32,547 nt of DNA from a virus (IMGVR_UViG_3300022910_000004); one strand, 5' to 3'; counted from the first letter of the stretch, positions 8,981 through 18,691 are shown. Made by a program: numbers and translations. The notes: generated by a model not told the origin, from the letters alone.

Positions 8981-10280
8981 GTAAATAAGGAAGGATATTT
9001 CTTCCCTTGGACATTTGTATCTGTGCTTGGTAGTAACCAGATTTCATTGTCACTTTTGTTGGCACAACCACTGGAGGTGTTATTCCTGTACCAGTAATTA
9101 ATGCGTAACTTCTAATAATTCCAGTTGACGCTTTTAAATGCCAAAGGGTTTGTGTGCCTGTGTAAGAAGTAGAAGCACTTGCATCAGACAAAACACTTGT
9201 CACAGTAGAATCGAAAACTATTTGATCGGTTACTAGAGCTGCTGGAGAGAAATTATAAACAACACCATTAACACTTGTGATTATACTTCCAGACAACGTA
9301 ACGAAGTTATATCCAGCTTGTGGTCGAGTAGCTACTGTAAAGTTAGCTGAAGTACCACCATTGCTTGCTATTAATGTTTGGTTACCAAATAATGGCCAAA
9401 CATTTTCATCAGTGTATAGAGGGAAATCAAAAGTAAAGTTTGGAGAAGTTCCTGCAATATTTGTTGCAGCAATTCCACCAATTGTAATTGAAGTTGGAGT
9501 AAATCCTGAAGTTGTTACTAAAGTATTTCCTGTACTACCAGCGGCAACACCAGCACCACCATTAACACTTACAATACCTGCTGAAGAAGATTTGATTTCA
9601 AATGCTACAGCAGTCCATGCAGTGGCTGCGTTGTTTAAAAAGTTTGTCCAAGCCTCAGAACCTATGCTTGTACCACTTGTTGGAACGTTAACAAATGCGT
9701 TACCATAAACTAAACCAACTGACAAAGCTCTTGTCTTATCTGCAATTAAACCTGTTGATCCACTTGGATAATTAGAGTTAACTGCTGTTATTCTATTTCC
9801 GTTTGTTGCAAGGGCACGATACCAAACAACTGAGTTTGGTCCAGTTGTAGTAATAGCTGCGGAAGCTGGAGAAACAGAACTGTTATTTGCAAATGCGCTT
9901 ACTGCACCTAATGGTGTAGTTTGATCAATAGTTCCTGTAAGTTTCCAAACTTCAAGAATATCATCACCACCATCACCTGTTGCCCAAGTAAATGTTGGGC
10001 TGGTCTCTTCTGTCCCATCAACAAGTCTGTAATAAATCCATTCATAAGGATATAGGGTGGCCCCTGTGTCTCTTTTAGAGAAGAGAACTGCACCAGAAGG
10101 GACAGCACTTAATGCAGAGGCAACATTTCGTTGAGAACTTAATATGTAGATAAGTAAATTGTTGTTAGATCTACCAGAAGGTAATGTTCCAACTATACTT
10201 GTGTTTGAAGAGGAGGTCGTTACTGTTGTTATCGTGTAATCTACCCCCAAGACGGGGGTACTTGGTATTACAATAGCCAT
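8895..10280 (-). CDS. Multidomain virion appendage protein with C-terminal head-fibre motif
   Basis: 461 aa, Thr/Ser/Gly-rich, Ig/IPT-like segment (TSITIGGIAAT), ends DSTATTVNEFKTDLNALLVLMRNAGWF. Confidence 0.6.
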   Translation of the reverse strand: MAIVIPSTPVLGVDYTITTVTTSSSNTSIVGTLPSGRSNNNLLIYILSSQRNVASALSAVPSGAVLFSKRDTGATLYPYEWIYYRLVDGTEETSPTFTWATGDGGDDILEVWKLTGTIDQTTPLGAVSAFANNSSVSPASAAITTTGPNSVVWYRALATNGNRITAVNSNYPSGSTGLIADKTRALSVGLVYGNAFVNVPTSGTSIGSEAWTNFLNNAATAWTAVAFEIKSSSAGIVSVNGGAGVAAGSTGNTLVTTSGFTPTSITIGGIAATNIAGTSPNFTFDFPLYTDENVWPLFGNQTLIASNGGTSANFTVATRPQAGYNFVTLSGSIITSVNGVVYNFSPAALVTDQIVFDSTVTSVLSDASASTSYTGTQTLWHLKASTGIIRSYALITGTGITPPVVVPTKVTMKSGYYQAQIQMSKGRNILPYLPDSTATTVNEFKTDLNALLVLMRNAGWF

Positions 10281-10289
10281 AAATCAATC

Positions 10290-11585
10290 CTATGTTAATG
10301 TTATTGGAGAACTCCAAAGAACTGTATTTGGGCCTGTTACAACACAAACATAATAATTTCCAGAGGTGATGGCACCTTTATTAATTGTTCCGCTAACAAC
10401 TCCACCACTCCAAGTGGTCCAGTTTTGTATCTCGTACACTGTAGCTAAATCAATATTAGTATTATCTGTAATTACAACTCTCTTAGTACTTCCATACTGA
10501 GTAAAAATATCGTCACTATAGGCCTCCTTTAATGTCATAGGGGAGCCATAACCACCAAAGTAATCTTGTGCTTGCATCCAGAAGAAACGTTTAGTACCAC
10601 CATAAATAGGTATATTAGTTCTTACATCATCTACTACTACACCACCTTGACGATAGCGAATGGTATAACTACCGTCTGCCAAACCTTGATGAGATGTATG
10701 AATAAACTGCTCAACATGGAACCAACCACTGTTTGGGGCTGGCACTAAACCAGAACTTCCATAGAAATCTTGTTGAACACCTATAGAATATGTATCCCCA
10801 GCCACAACAGCAGGAACGGTTCCTACTAAAGTAATTGTAGTCGCTGTATTACTTGCCACTACACCAAAAGAATTTGTTACACCGTGAGTTAATTGGAGTC
10901 TTTTATTTTTATGCATATTGACTCCCCAGTTAGCTGTGGAGTCAGTGAAAGAGTTTACAGTTCCAGAGGTTGCAGTGCCTGTGAATAGACCTGCGTTATT
11001 TTCTATTCTTACTTGCCTACCATTACTATTGTAAGAAATTGCACTAAAAATTTCTTGTCCAGTATTTGTATCAGAATCATCACTAACCCCATTAGTGAAG
11101 TTGGGTCTATGAAACTTCCATTGGACAGCAGAACTTGGGGGAAAATCTGCCCCCCCTGTTGTTTTTAGTACACCCCTAACCCAACGACTATAATATAAGT
11201 CTGTGTCTTCAGGTACACCAGAAGCAAATCCATAACCTTTAGTAGCATCAAGATCAGTCATTCCTGATCCATAGTTATTAAATAAAACTTTACCGCGAGT
11301 TGCATCATTGTATACTGTAGGTGCTGTAGCAGCGAAAGTAAAAAACCAACCACTACTCCCATTAGTTCCGTTACTGGTGTTAGCAGGAGAAGCCCCCACT
11401 GAGAGGGTTTCTATCAATCCCCCAGCACCTCCAGCGAAAGCCTTTTCACCTACAGAATTTGTTCCTATTAAAGGATCATAAAACATATATGCACTACCAT
11501 GAGTGTAGGTAGGGACATCAGCCCTCCATATACCACCATTTAAAGTCCATATACCTCCACGTTTATCTTGTGTGGTCTGTGCCAT
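10290..11585 (-). CDS. Putative virion carbohydrate-binding/lyase-like beta protein
   Basis: 431 aa, aromatic-rich; WKFHR and WFHVEQF...GLADG patterns reminiscent of jelly-roll polysaccharide-lyase folds. Confidence 0.4.
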   Translation of the reverse strand: MAQTTQDKRGGIWTLNGGIWRADVPTYTHGSAYMFYDPLIGTNSVGEKAFAGGAGGLIETLSVGASPANTSNGTNGSSGWFFTFAATAPTVYNDATRGKVLFNNYGSGMTDLDATKGYGFASGVPEDTDLYYSRWVRGVLKTTGGADFPPSSAVQWKFHRPNFTNGVSDDSDTNTGQEIFSAISYNSNGRQVRIENNAGLFTGTATSGTVNSFTDSTANWGVNMHKNKRLQLTHGVTNSFGVVASNTATTITLVGTVPAVVAGDTYSIGVQQDFYGSSGLVPAPNSGWFHVEQFIHTSHQGLADGSYTIRYRQGGVVVDDVRTNIPIYGGTKRFFWMQAQDYFGGYGSPMTLKEAYSDDIFTQYGSTKRVVITDNTNIDLATVYEIQNWTTWSGGVVSGTINKGAITSGNYYVCVVTGPNTVLWSSPITLT

Positions 11586-11647
11586 TATAGTTACTCGTTG
11601 TTGATTATCTCTTATTATTTTTAAAACATTTCAAACTAAAATATCTT

Positions 11648-11677
11648 AAAAATAATAAGAGGGAATTAACCCTCTTA
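11648..11677 (-). terminator. Intrinsic terminator after the major capsid gene
   Basis: TAAGAGGG-N6-CCCTCTTA hairpin (11656-11677) followed on the minus strand by TTATTTTT. Confidence 0.8.
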
Positions 11678-11691
11678 CTATAAGATATCTA

Positions 11692-12762
11692 TTAAGGAGC
11701 GATAGATACGCGAACCAAAACTTCTGGGTGACGAACAACGTTGATGAAGTTCGATTCAGAACGAATTTGCAATTCACTATCCCAGTCATCCATCTTCTGA
11801 GCAAAATAAGCTTCTTGAGCAGTTTTGTTGATAGAAGTGAAAGTTTCTGCTGGAGCAAAATAAGTTTTGAAGTTATCTGTAATATCCAGTGGGAATACAC
11901 GAGCTTCGTTAGCATCGATTTGTTGAGTCATACCAGTACCACGGTAAGAAACCCAAACGATATCACCGAAGTATAGGATACGATAACGAGCATCTAATCC
12001 ATATTCGTTTGCAGTCAAACGACCCATCAGAATTTTCTCAGATTGAGAAAGGTTTTGATACTTCACAGCATCAGTTACGTATGGGTGGCTACGAAGTTTA
12101 TCGAAGAAACCAGAAGCACAAATTGCAATCAATTGGCCAGGAACATCACCAGTTTTGATGTTATCTTGGATAGCTGCAATAATTGGTTCAATGTCATCTT
12201 GTGGGTTAACAGTTTCATCATTCAGACGCATAGTCAAAGATGTGCGAGTAACACCAAACTCTTGATACCAGTCAATGGTAGAACCATAAGACTGAGTCAA
12301 TGTACCATTTGGAGCATACACAGTTCCGTTGTTGATCAACTGAATACGTGCGTTTTCCAAAGTAAGTGCGTGAGCCTTACGAATTGCTTCAAGTTTACGA
12401 GCTTGAGAAGAGGCAAGAGTTTCAAGAGTCTCTGCACCCATAATTTCTTCCCAAACAATATTTCCATCCAAATCTTTTGCAAGAATAGATTCATCTAATG
12501 GGAAGTGAGGAACACCAACAGTCACATAAGATTTTGTGCCTTTGTTGATGGTAGAAGCACGTTCACCCCAGTTTTTATCCCCGATGATGTAGTTGGTCAT
12601 GCTGATACGTGGAATCATTACAGTTTTTTGTGTAAGATACTCGTGCTCAAAAATACCAAGTTGTGCAAACAAACCCCATTGGTTTGGAATGCGAAGCAAC
12701 AGAGACGTTTTATCAACTACCTTGTTGTTATTGCTAGGACTACGAACAATTTTAATTGTCAT
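11692..12762 (-). CDS. Major capsid protein (phage cap E family)
   Basis: 356 aa; IPNQWGLFAQLGIF, VPHFPLDESI, HALTLENAR, AICASGFFDKLRSHP, SESNFINVVRHPEVL. Confidence 0.92.
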   Translation of the reverse strand: MTIKIVRSPSNNNKVVDKTSLLLRIPNQWGLFAQLGIFEHEYLTQKTVMIPRISMTNYIIGDKNWGERASTINKGTKSYVTVGVPHFPLDESILAKDLDGNIVWEEIMGAETLETLASSQARKLEAIRKAHALTLENARIQLINNGTVYAPNGTLTQSYGSTIDWYQEFGVTRTSLTMRLNDETVNPQDDIEPIIAAIQDNIKTGDVPGQLIAICASGFFDKLRSHPYVTDAVKYQNLSQSEKILMGRLTANEYGLDARYRILYFGDIVWVSYRGTGMTQQIDANEARVFPLDITDNFKTYFAPAETFTSINKTAQEAYFAQKMDDWDSELQIRSESNFINVVRHPEVLVRVSIAP

Positions 12763-12789
12763 CTTATTTATTTCTCTCTTTCTAATTTA

Positions 12790-13224
12790 TTAAACGATGG
12801 CAGTTAGTACATCTTCTAGAATAATGCCTTGAGTTTTCAAAGCTTCTTTCAGAAGGTTAAACTGTGTTTGGTTGAGAGAACCACCAACATGGATAGTTTT
12901 AGGAAGAGTCTCTTTCAAACGTGCTTGACGGCGAATTGCCAAAACTGGTGTTGCAGTGGTAGCAGCAACTACTAGGGAGTCTTTAAAATCATAACGATCG
13001 CCAAGGAAAACAGCGTATTCGTTAGTAATCAGAACATCTGATCCATTAACTAAAGGTGCCCAAGCAGCAGTAGGGTCAATACTTTTTACACGAAAAAGAA
13101 TGTGCCCAAAACTAAGGGTTCCACCTGCGTAGTTTACAGTGATCATTTCACGTCCATTGCGAGCTAGGGGCTCCCAAAGAATAAGATCAGATGCATATAC
13201 TTGAGTAATATTTACACTAGCCAT
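12790..13224 (-). CDS. Head decoration protein
   Basis: 144 aa between protease and capsid genes; ASDLILWE...REMITV. Confidence 0.7.
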   Translation of the reverse strand: MASVNITQVYASDLILWEPLARNGREMITVNYAGGTLSFGHILFRVKSIDPTAAWAPLVNGSDVLITNEYAVFLGDRYDFKDSLVVAATTATPVLAIRRQARLKETLPKTIHVGGSLNQTQFNLLKEALKTQGIILEDVLTAIV

Positions 13225-13226
13225 TA

Positions 13227-14591
13227 TTATTTTTTACCTTTGTTATTGTATCTTTGTTCTAAGAATTTTTCTGTAGCAGCGTCAACTGCAACACGGTTTT
13301 TACTAACTGTATCTAAAGAAGCAGTATCCATTTCTTCATCGGACAAATTTTCTTGTCCTTCTTCACCTACTTCTTCAAATTTTTCTTCTGCTTCACTTCT
13401 AGAAAGCTTAAGAATATTTACAGTAGATTGAAAATCTGCATCACTTAGATTTGCCAATGACACAGAAAGAGTTTCTGCTTGAGCAGTACCAACAGCAGCA
13501 ACCAATTCAGCTTTACGACCTGCGGTTTTAAGTGCAGCTTTCTCATCACTAATTGCTTTAAGTTGTGCTAAGGCATTAGCCAACTCTTCATTTTTTCCTG
13601 CAAGAACTGTTTCAGAATTCAATTTGAATTGAGTGAATTCTGTTTGTAATGCAGATAAGGAAGCTTCTAGCTCTTCCATATTTAGCTTAGACATTTCTTT
13701 GTCCTTTGTTTTGGTTTTGAAAAGATTTGAAATTGGATTATCCATTTCGTCTCCAAGGGTTATTTCTTCCAAGTAAGATTTAAATTCTTCTAGGGTCATT
13801 ATTTTATCTACTAGACCATTAGCTTGTGCCTTCTGAGAAGAGAAAGTTCTTGCACCAAGTGCAACAACATCTTTCTTATCAACACCACGCCACATAGCGA
13901 CATGATCTGTAAATTGATCGTACATCTCAAGCACGGATGCCTGTATGTCATCTAAAAACTCTTGAGTGAATTTTCCCTCAGAGTCAAAAGGAACTTTGCC
14001 ATCACCTGCCGTAACATAGATGTCTTCAATTCCTAATTTTTTCATGTACCCGTTCATGTTTCTCAACTGAACACGTACACCTATACTTCCTGCTTCTGCT
14101 GAAGGATTTGAAATCACTTCATGCATTACTGCTGTGTAACAATAAGAAGCAGAGTAAGAACAAGCAGAAATGTAACCAATTAATTTAACGTCATTCTCAT
14201 CAGCAAGATCTCTTATATAGTTTGCTGACTCGAAAGCCATATGAGCACTACCACCACAACTGTCTTGATCAAAGACAATGGTTTTAGCACCCATATCAAT
14301 AAGTTGTTTTACTTCTTCGCGAATAAGTTGGTGGCTTACGCCTTCTTCACCGCACATGCCGTAATATGGGATATCTGTAATACCACCATGTATATCTACA
14401 ATCCCAAGCTTTTGGTCTGGTATGTAATTAAGGCTTCTTTGTTTTGGTTTAATTGTTTCTGAAACTGCAAGCTCAGTAGTACCTAAATTTCTTTCCTGTA
14501 CGATTTGCATAACCTTTTCAAGATAAGGCTCTGAAACCATGAGAGGGGTATTACATAGTTTTGTAGTAAGTCTTAATAGCTCATGACTCAT
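13227..14591 (-). CDS. Prohead protease (S49 family) with C-terminal scaffold
   Basis: 454 aa; DSCGGSA, SACYSASY, AGSIGV, AGDGKVP; coiled-coil acidic C-terminus. Confidence 0.88.
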   Translation of the reverse strand: MSHELLRLTTKLCNTPLMVSEPYLEKVMQIVQERNLGTTELAVSETIKPKQRSLNYIPDQKLGIVDIHGGITDIPYYGMCGEEGVSHQLIREEVKQLIDMGAKTIVFDQDSCGGSAHMAFESANYIRDLADENDVKLIGYISACSYSASYCYTAVMHEVISNPSAEAGSIGVRVQLRNMNGYMKKLGIEDIYVTAGDGKVPFDSEGKFTQEFLDDIQASVLEMYDQFTDHVAMWRGVDKKDVVALGARTFSSQKAQANGLVDKIMTLEEFKSYLEEITLGDEMDNPISNLFKTKTKDKEMSKLNMEELEASLSALQTEFTQFKLNSETVLAGKNEELANALAQLKAISDEKAALKTAGRKAELVAAVGTAQAETLSVSLANLSDADFQSTVNILKLSRSEAEEKFEEVGEEGQENLSDEEMDTASLDTVSKNRVAVDAATEKFLEQRYNNKGKK

Positions 14592-14600
14592 AATTTATCT

Positions 14601-16094
14601 CTATTTATTGTTAGCATTACTTGCGCTACTATCTCCAGACTTTCCTGTAGATTTGCCTGTACCATTTCCTAGGCCTGCCCCCATACCATCTCCACTTCTA
14701 GAGGTCTCTGGAGATAACAAGTCGAATAATTCATTCTGACTCATTGTTTTATCCACTCTGGCAGGTAGTCCAAGTTTTTTCTGAATAGCATTAATGTTTT
14801 CAGGAGTTTTTAATATATTTCCTGTTGCAGCAGCTTGTTGTAATGCTTTAGCAAATTCTGCTACACTTATTTCAGAAACTTCCTTATATTCAAATGTAGG
14901 ATAAACTTCAGTAGACCATCCATTCCATTTAAATAAGCGGGGGATTAAGTAATGATTTAGAACGTCTCGAATTTCTTCAAGCTTAGATTCTATAACCATC
15001 TTAACGATCGACATTTTAGATTCAGACAAGGCAAAGCTTCCTCCACCTTCTTGACCTAAAACTAAGAAATCTGCATACAATGCAGTTAAAATTTCTTTCT
15101 GGTAACGGGCAATAACTTGATTTATATCAAAAGCTTTTTTACCTGTTACAGAAACTACTTCAAAATTAAAGTAAGATTCACCATTATCATCAAGCACTCT
15201 TGGCAAAATCATTCCTGATTCTTTACCAATGTGAATATTACGCATCATCTTTTTGTAATATTCATAAACTTCTTTATCCTCATCTGTAGCATCAGGTTTC
15301 ATATATTGAGGTGGGATACCTAATACTTTAAAACCGTGTAAATCAGATGCGATACCTTGGGCTTCACTTTCTTCTAAAGCTTTTTTATATTTCCAAGATT
15401 CCCAAATTGAATTTAATGGGGAAGTTCCTATAGGAGAGTCTTTAATTGGGTTGTTACGAAAAAGCAACATTCTTTCTACAGGGATATCTACATAAGACTT
15501 TCCATTATCTTGCGATGGGGAAGTTCCTTGACTGTAGTCATCTCTATTCTGAGGGATGTTTACTCTTTGAGTAATATGAGATAAATCTCTTCCCTTATTC
15601 GTCCACTTCCAACCGGCAATGGTATCTTGAGATCTTAAAACTAATTTTTTGATTCCAACTAATCCATCATTGTGTCTACTACCTTTTTCTGGTAGTCTGT
15701 AACGACGAACTATTTCAAATGGGGCAAAGCCGTAAGGGACAAAAGATGTTGCTTGCTTAATAAAAGACAACCAACTATGTTGCATATCGTCTTTAACAGA
15801 CTTAATAAAAGCAACTTCAGATTTTAGTTGTTCTTCATATCCTTCTGGAGCAACTACGTCCCAGCCAACTCTTGCTATCATTGTTTGGACGTAATCAACA
15901 GCAGGCGCTATCGTTCCATCCTTCAACATTTTCTTATAAGTTTTAACGCACCAAGGCCATCTTAACTCATAATTGCATTCTTCGAATATCTGGCCACCAA
16001 GAACCATCAATCCATTGTAGCCTGATTCTGTCATCCTCAATGCAGGGATATCTTCACCAGCGCTCAATGGAGCTAAATCTTCTATAACTGCCAT
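14601..16094 (-). CDS. Portal protein (DUF935-like)
   Basis: 497 aa; YGFAPFE, PIGTSPL, LGQEGGGSFALS; follows the terminase. Confidence 0.9.
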   Translation of the reverse strand: MAVIEDLAPLSAGEDIPALRMTESGYNGLMVLGGQIFEECNYELRWPWCVKTYKKMLKDGTIAPAVDYVQTMIARVGWDVVAPEGYEEQLKSEVAFIKSVKDDMQHSWLSFIKQATSFVPYGFAPFEIVRRYRLPEKGSRHNDGLVGIKKLVLRSQDTIAGWKWTNKGRDLSHITQRVNIPQNRDDYSQGTSPSQDNGKSYVDIPVERMLLFRNNPIKDSPIGTSPLNSIWESWKYKKALEESEAQGIASDLHGFKVLGIPPQYMKPDATDEDKEVYEYYKKMMRNIHIGKESGMILPRVLDDNGESYFNFEVVSVTGKKAFDINQVIARYQKEILTALYADFLVLGQEGGGSFALSESKMSIVKMVIESKLEEIRDVLNHYLIPRLFKWNGWSTEVYPTFEYKEVSEISVAEFAKALQQAAATGNILKTPENINAIQKKLGLPARVDKTMSQNELFDLLSPETSRSGDGMGAGLGNGTGKSTGKSGDSSASNANNK

Positions 16095-16113
16095 CTTAGA
16101 GATAGCTCCTTTG

Positions 16114-17652
16114 TTAACGTATATTTAAAAGTGGGTTGTTATTAGTTAAATCAACTGATTTTATTCCTGATAAGAATCCACTTGGCATAGAGAATTTGGA
16201 AGCTAAAATAGAGTAACCAAGAGAACAACAGTCTACGAGATCATCGTGTCCAGACTCTCCGCCCTTTCTCTCACCTGTGAAAGCTTCTAACTCGTTGTAG
16301 AAAAATTCATTAGTGCCATAGGACTTATTCCAGAAATCTGTACCACAATTCTTGACGATTTCAATAACACCAATTTGAGCAGATGCAGCAAAAGGTCTAA
16401 AGCTTTGAAGCTTGCCTTCACCAGAACGTTGAATAGTGGTGGCAAAACCATTTTCATTTAATCTTCTAGCAAGCCTAACCGTTTCTGCTTTAGCCATTGG
16501 GTTAGGATCTTGGGGGAGGATGATGTCTACTTTATTTCCATCTCGCATTGCATTCTCTAAAATAAATTCTTCCCACATCCCAAAAGGAATACGAGTTCTG
16601 TTTACTTCAAGAATTACATAATTGCCTGTTTTTAATTTCCCAATTTTTACAGAAGCTGTATAGTCAGGGGAGCGGTTCATTTCATGGGGCAGGGTGCCAG
16701 CGAAATCGTAAGCTCTAACAATTCGGGTGAATTGATTATATGCAGGAGGATCTATTATCTCTGTCATTGTCTTTCTGTCAAAGTAGGAACTTGCTTCTTC
16801 TCTTACTTTCCAGTTTCCATACAACAGACGTTGCTTTTCTACGCCCCTTAAACCCTTAAGCCAAGCAACATATTTGGGGTTAACTTCTTGAACAATTTTA
16901 TTATCAAAAACGTTAGCACTGATAAACGTAAACGATAGAACATCTTTTGCTTCACAAGCAGATTTGTAAATAACTTCTTCTACAGAATCTCCCCAACAGA
17001 AATCACCTTCATTGTAAGTAAAGTAACGAATCAAACCGTCTTTACTTCTGTCTGGGGTTCCATCAGGATTAAGATAGGGCTCAACCCACTCTCTTAAGAA
17101 GTGATCTGCTAAAGGGTTACAAGTAAGTTTTAAGTGAGGTTCTATCGATGGGCATGAGGGATTTCTCATCCTACTCATAATGTACTGAATCATGAATTGA
17201 GTGAACTGTGTTGCTTCGTCTACAAGAAACAAATTTGCTTCTGTACCTTGCCAGTTTTCATGATCTTTTTCGTATTCAAAGTGTTTTAAATAAATTTCTG
17301 AGACTTGGTATTTTTTACCTTCTTCATCTCTTTTATAAAAAACGAATTTACCATCTTTTTCTTTCCAAACATAATCTTCGCCATATCGATATAATGAAGA
17401 GAATGTTCTGTGGCACTTGGTAAGAATACCACCAGCACCTTTTAACTGAGGTGTGGTTCTTCTTGTAATAACTCCAATAAAATTCTGTATCCAGATATAC
17501 TTTAAGAAATCTATTACACCAATCTCAGATTTACCTGATCCAGCAGCTCCTCCAAATAATGTTACGTCACATTTAGATGTTGTATAAAGCCACTGTCTTT
17601 TACTAATTGGTCTTGGAAATTTTTTCGTAACTTCTATAGTCATTATTATCAC
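16114..17652 (-). CDS. terL: Terminase large subunit (start GTG 17652 or ATG 17643)
   Basis: Walker A GGAAGSGKS, Walker B FLVDEATQF, RAYDFA and HDDLVD nuclease motifs. Confidence 0.95.
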   Translation of the reverse strand: MIIMTIEVTKKFPRPISKRQWLYTTSKCDVTLFGGAAGSGKSEIGVIDFLKYIWIQNFIGVITRRTTPQLKGAGGILTKCHRTFSSLYRYGEDYVWKEKDGKFVFYKRDEEGKKYQVSEIYLKHFEYEKDHENWQGTEANLFLVDEATQFTQFMIQYIMSRMRNPSCPSIEPHLKLTCNPLADHFLREWVEPYLNPDGTPDRSKDGLIRYFTYNEGDFCWGDSVEEVIYKSACEAKDVLSFTFISANVFDNKIVQEVNPKYVAWLKGLRGVEKQRLLYGNWKVREEASSYFDRKTMTEIIDPPAYNQFTRIVRAYDFAGTLPHEMNRSPDYTASVKIGKLKTGNYVILEVNRTRIPFGMWEEFILENAMRDGNKVDIILPQDPNPMAKAETVRLARRLNENGFATTIQRSGEGKLQSFRPFAASAQIGVIEIVKNCGTDFWNKSYGTNEFFYNELEAFTGERKGGESGHDDLVDCCSLGYSILASKFSMPSGFLSGIKSVDLTNNNPLLNIR

Positions 17653-17748
17653 TTACTAAATTGTAAAGTCGCCACTTCTTGCCATGCGATCATTTACTGG
17701 ACTGACATACTTCAGTCCTTCTCCACCTAGCGATTATTACTTTATCGC

Positions 17749-18345
17749 TTATTCTTCAGGATCTGACTCATATTCAAAGCTTTCGTCATCCCATTCAGAA
17801 TCATAGGCGGTGACATAATCAGCCACTGCTTTAGGACCACCAAACTCTTTGGCTACTTGTTGTGGATCTTCTTTTGGTATCAAACCATTTTCTTTTGATT
17901 CTTCTGTCTTTTTAAGCAATTCAAGTTTGCGTATCTTAGCTTCTTGTTCTGCCTTAAGAAGATTAGCCTCTTGAGTAATGACCCATTTAGCAATCTCAAC
18001 TCTGCGAGTAGGGACGGGGACATAACGAACCAATACTTCAACTTCTCTCATATCGGGAAGTATCAATATCTCGAAAGATGCACTAGAATCATTTGTAAGA
18101 ATTTCATGACGCTGATCTTCTGTACCTTTCCAAACTTCACGTTCTGGAACAAGGCCACCTTCGATAGCTTGTTTAACAATTTCAGCCGCAGGGTCTGTAA
18201 GATCAGACAGTTTACGTCTGACATTACCAAGGGCTCGGGGGGTTTTTATCACGCCAGCAGAAGTGGCTTTATCGGGGTTACTATGAAATTCTTTAAGGGC
18301 TTTCTTTTGTTTAGCTTTTTGTTCTGGCGTAAGTTTTGGTGCCAT
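17749..18345 (-). CDS. Putative terminase small subunit
   Basis: 198 aa immediately upstream of terL; basic N-terminus, acidic tail; assignment by position only. Confidence 0.5.
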   Translation of the reverse strand: MAPKLTPEQKAKQKKALKEFHSNPDKATSAGVIKTPRALGNVRRKLSDLTDPAAEIVKQAIEGGLVPEREVWKGTEDQRHEILTNDSSASFEILILPDMREVEVLVRYVPVPTRRVEIAKWVITQEANLLKAEQEAKIRKLELLKKTEESKENGLIPKEDPQQVAKEFGGPKAVADYVTAYDSEWDDESFEYESDPEE

Positions 18346-18361
18346 ACATTACCTTGGAAGA

Positions 18362-18439
18362 TGGTACTCTATCGGGGAGTCGAACCCCGTTTGACAGGTT
18401 GAAAACCTGTAGTCCTAACCAAACGTAGACGAATAGAGC
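18362..18439 (-). tRNA. tRNA-Glu(TTC)
   Basis: Cloverleaf, loop TTTTCAA, encoded CCA. Confidence 0.9.
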
Positions 18440-18449
18440 ATTTTAAAAA

Positions 18450-18524
18450 TGGTGGTAACAATTGGTATCGAACCAATCTATCAAGCTCTTCAGGCTTGCG
18501 CTAATCCATCTCAGCTATATTACC
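18450..18524 (-). tRNA. tRNA-Phe(GAA)
   Basis: Loop CTGAAGA, encoded CCA. Confidence 0.92.
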
Positions 18525-18530
18525 ATAATA

Positions 18531-18604
18531 TGGTGCTCAATGTGTGAATCGAACACACGACAGATGCTTACAAGGCAACTGTTATACCACTTAACTAATC
18601 GAGC
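18531..18604 (-). tRNA. tRNA-Thr(TGT)
   Basis: Loop CTTGTAA, one mismatch in the anticodon stem, CCA. Confidence 0.88.
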
Positions 18605-18606
18605 AT

Positions 18607-18682
18607 TGGCAACCCGTACTGGATTCGAACCAGTAACACCTAGATTCAAAGTCTAGTGCTCTACCAATTGAGCTAACAGGCT
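18607..18682 (-). tRNA. tRNA-Gln(TTG)
   Basis: Loop CTTTGAA, G73, CCA. Confidence 0.9.
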
Positions 18683-18691
18683 GATTAAACT

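Noticed and set aside
11604-11634. Dedicated promoter for the accessory cassette (TTGAAA...GATAAT)
   Set aside because: 19-nt spacer and imperfect -10 in very AT-rich DNA; indistinguishable from chance.
35-17423. Plus-strand and nested alternative-frame ORFs in the structural module (e.g. 35..379, 8269..8580, 9277..9708, 11646..11915, 12043..12498)
   Set aside because: Shadow frames of well-supported minus-strand genes, with no RBS and no motifs.
16114-17652. Intein or intron in the terminase
   Set aside because: Length (~510 aa) and motif spacing are normal; no splice-junction residues or interruption.
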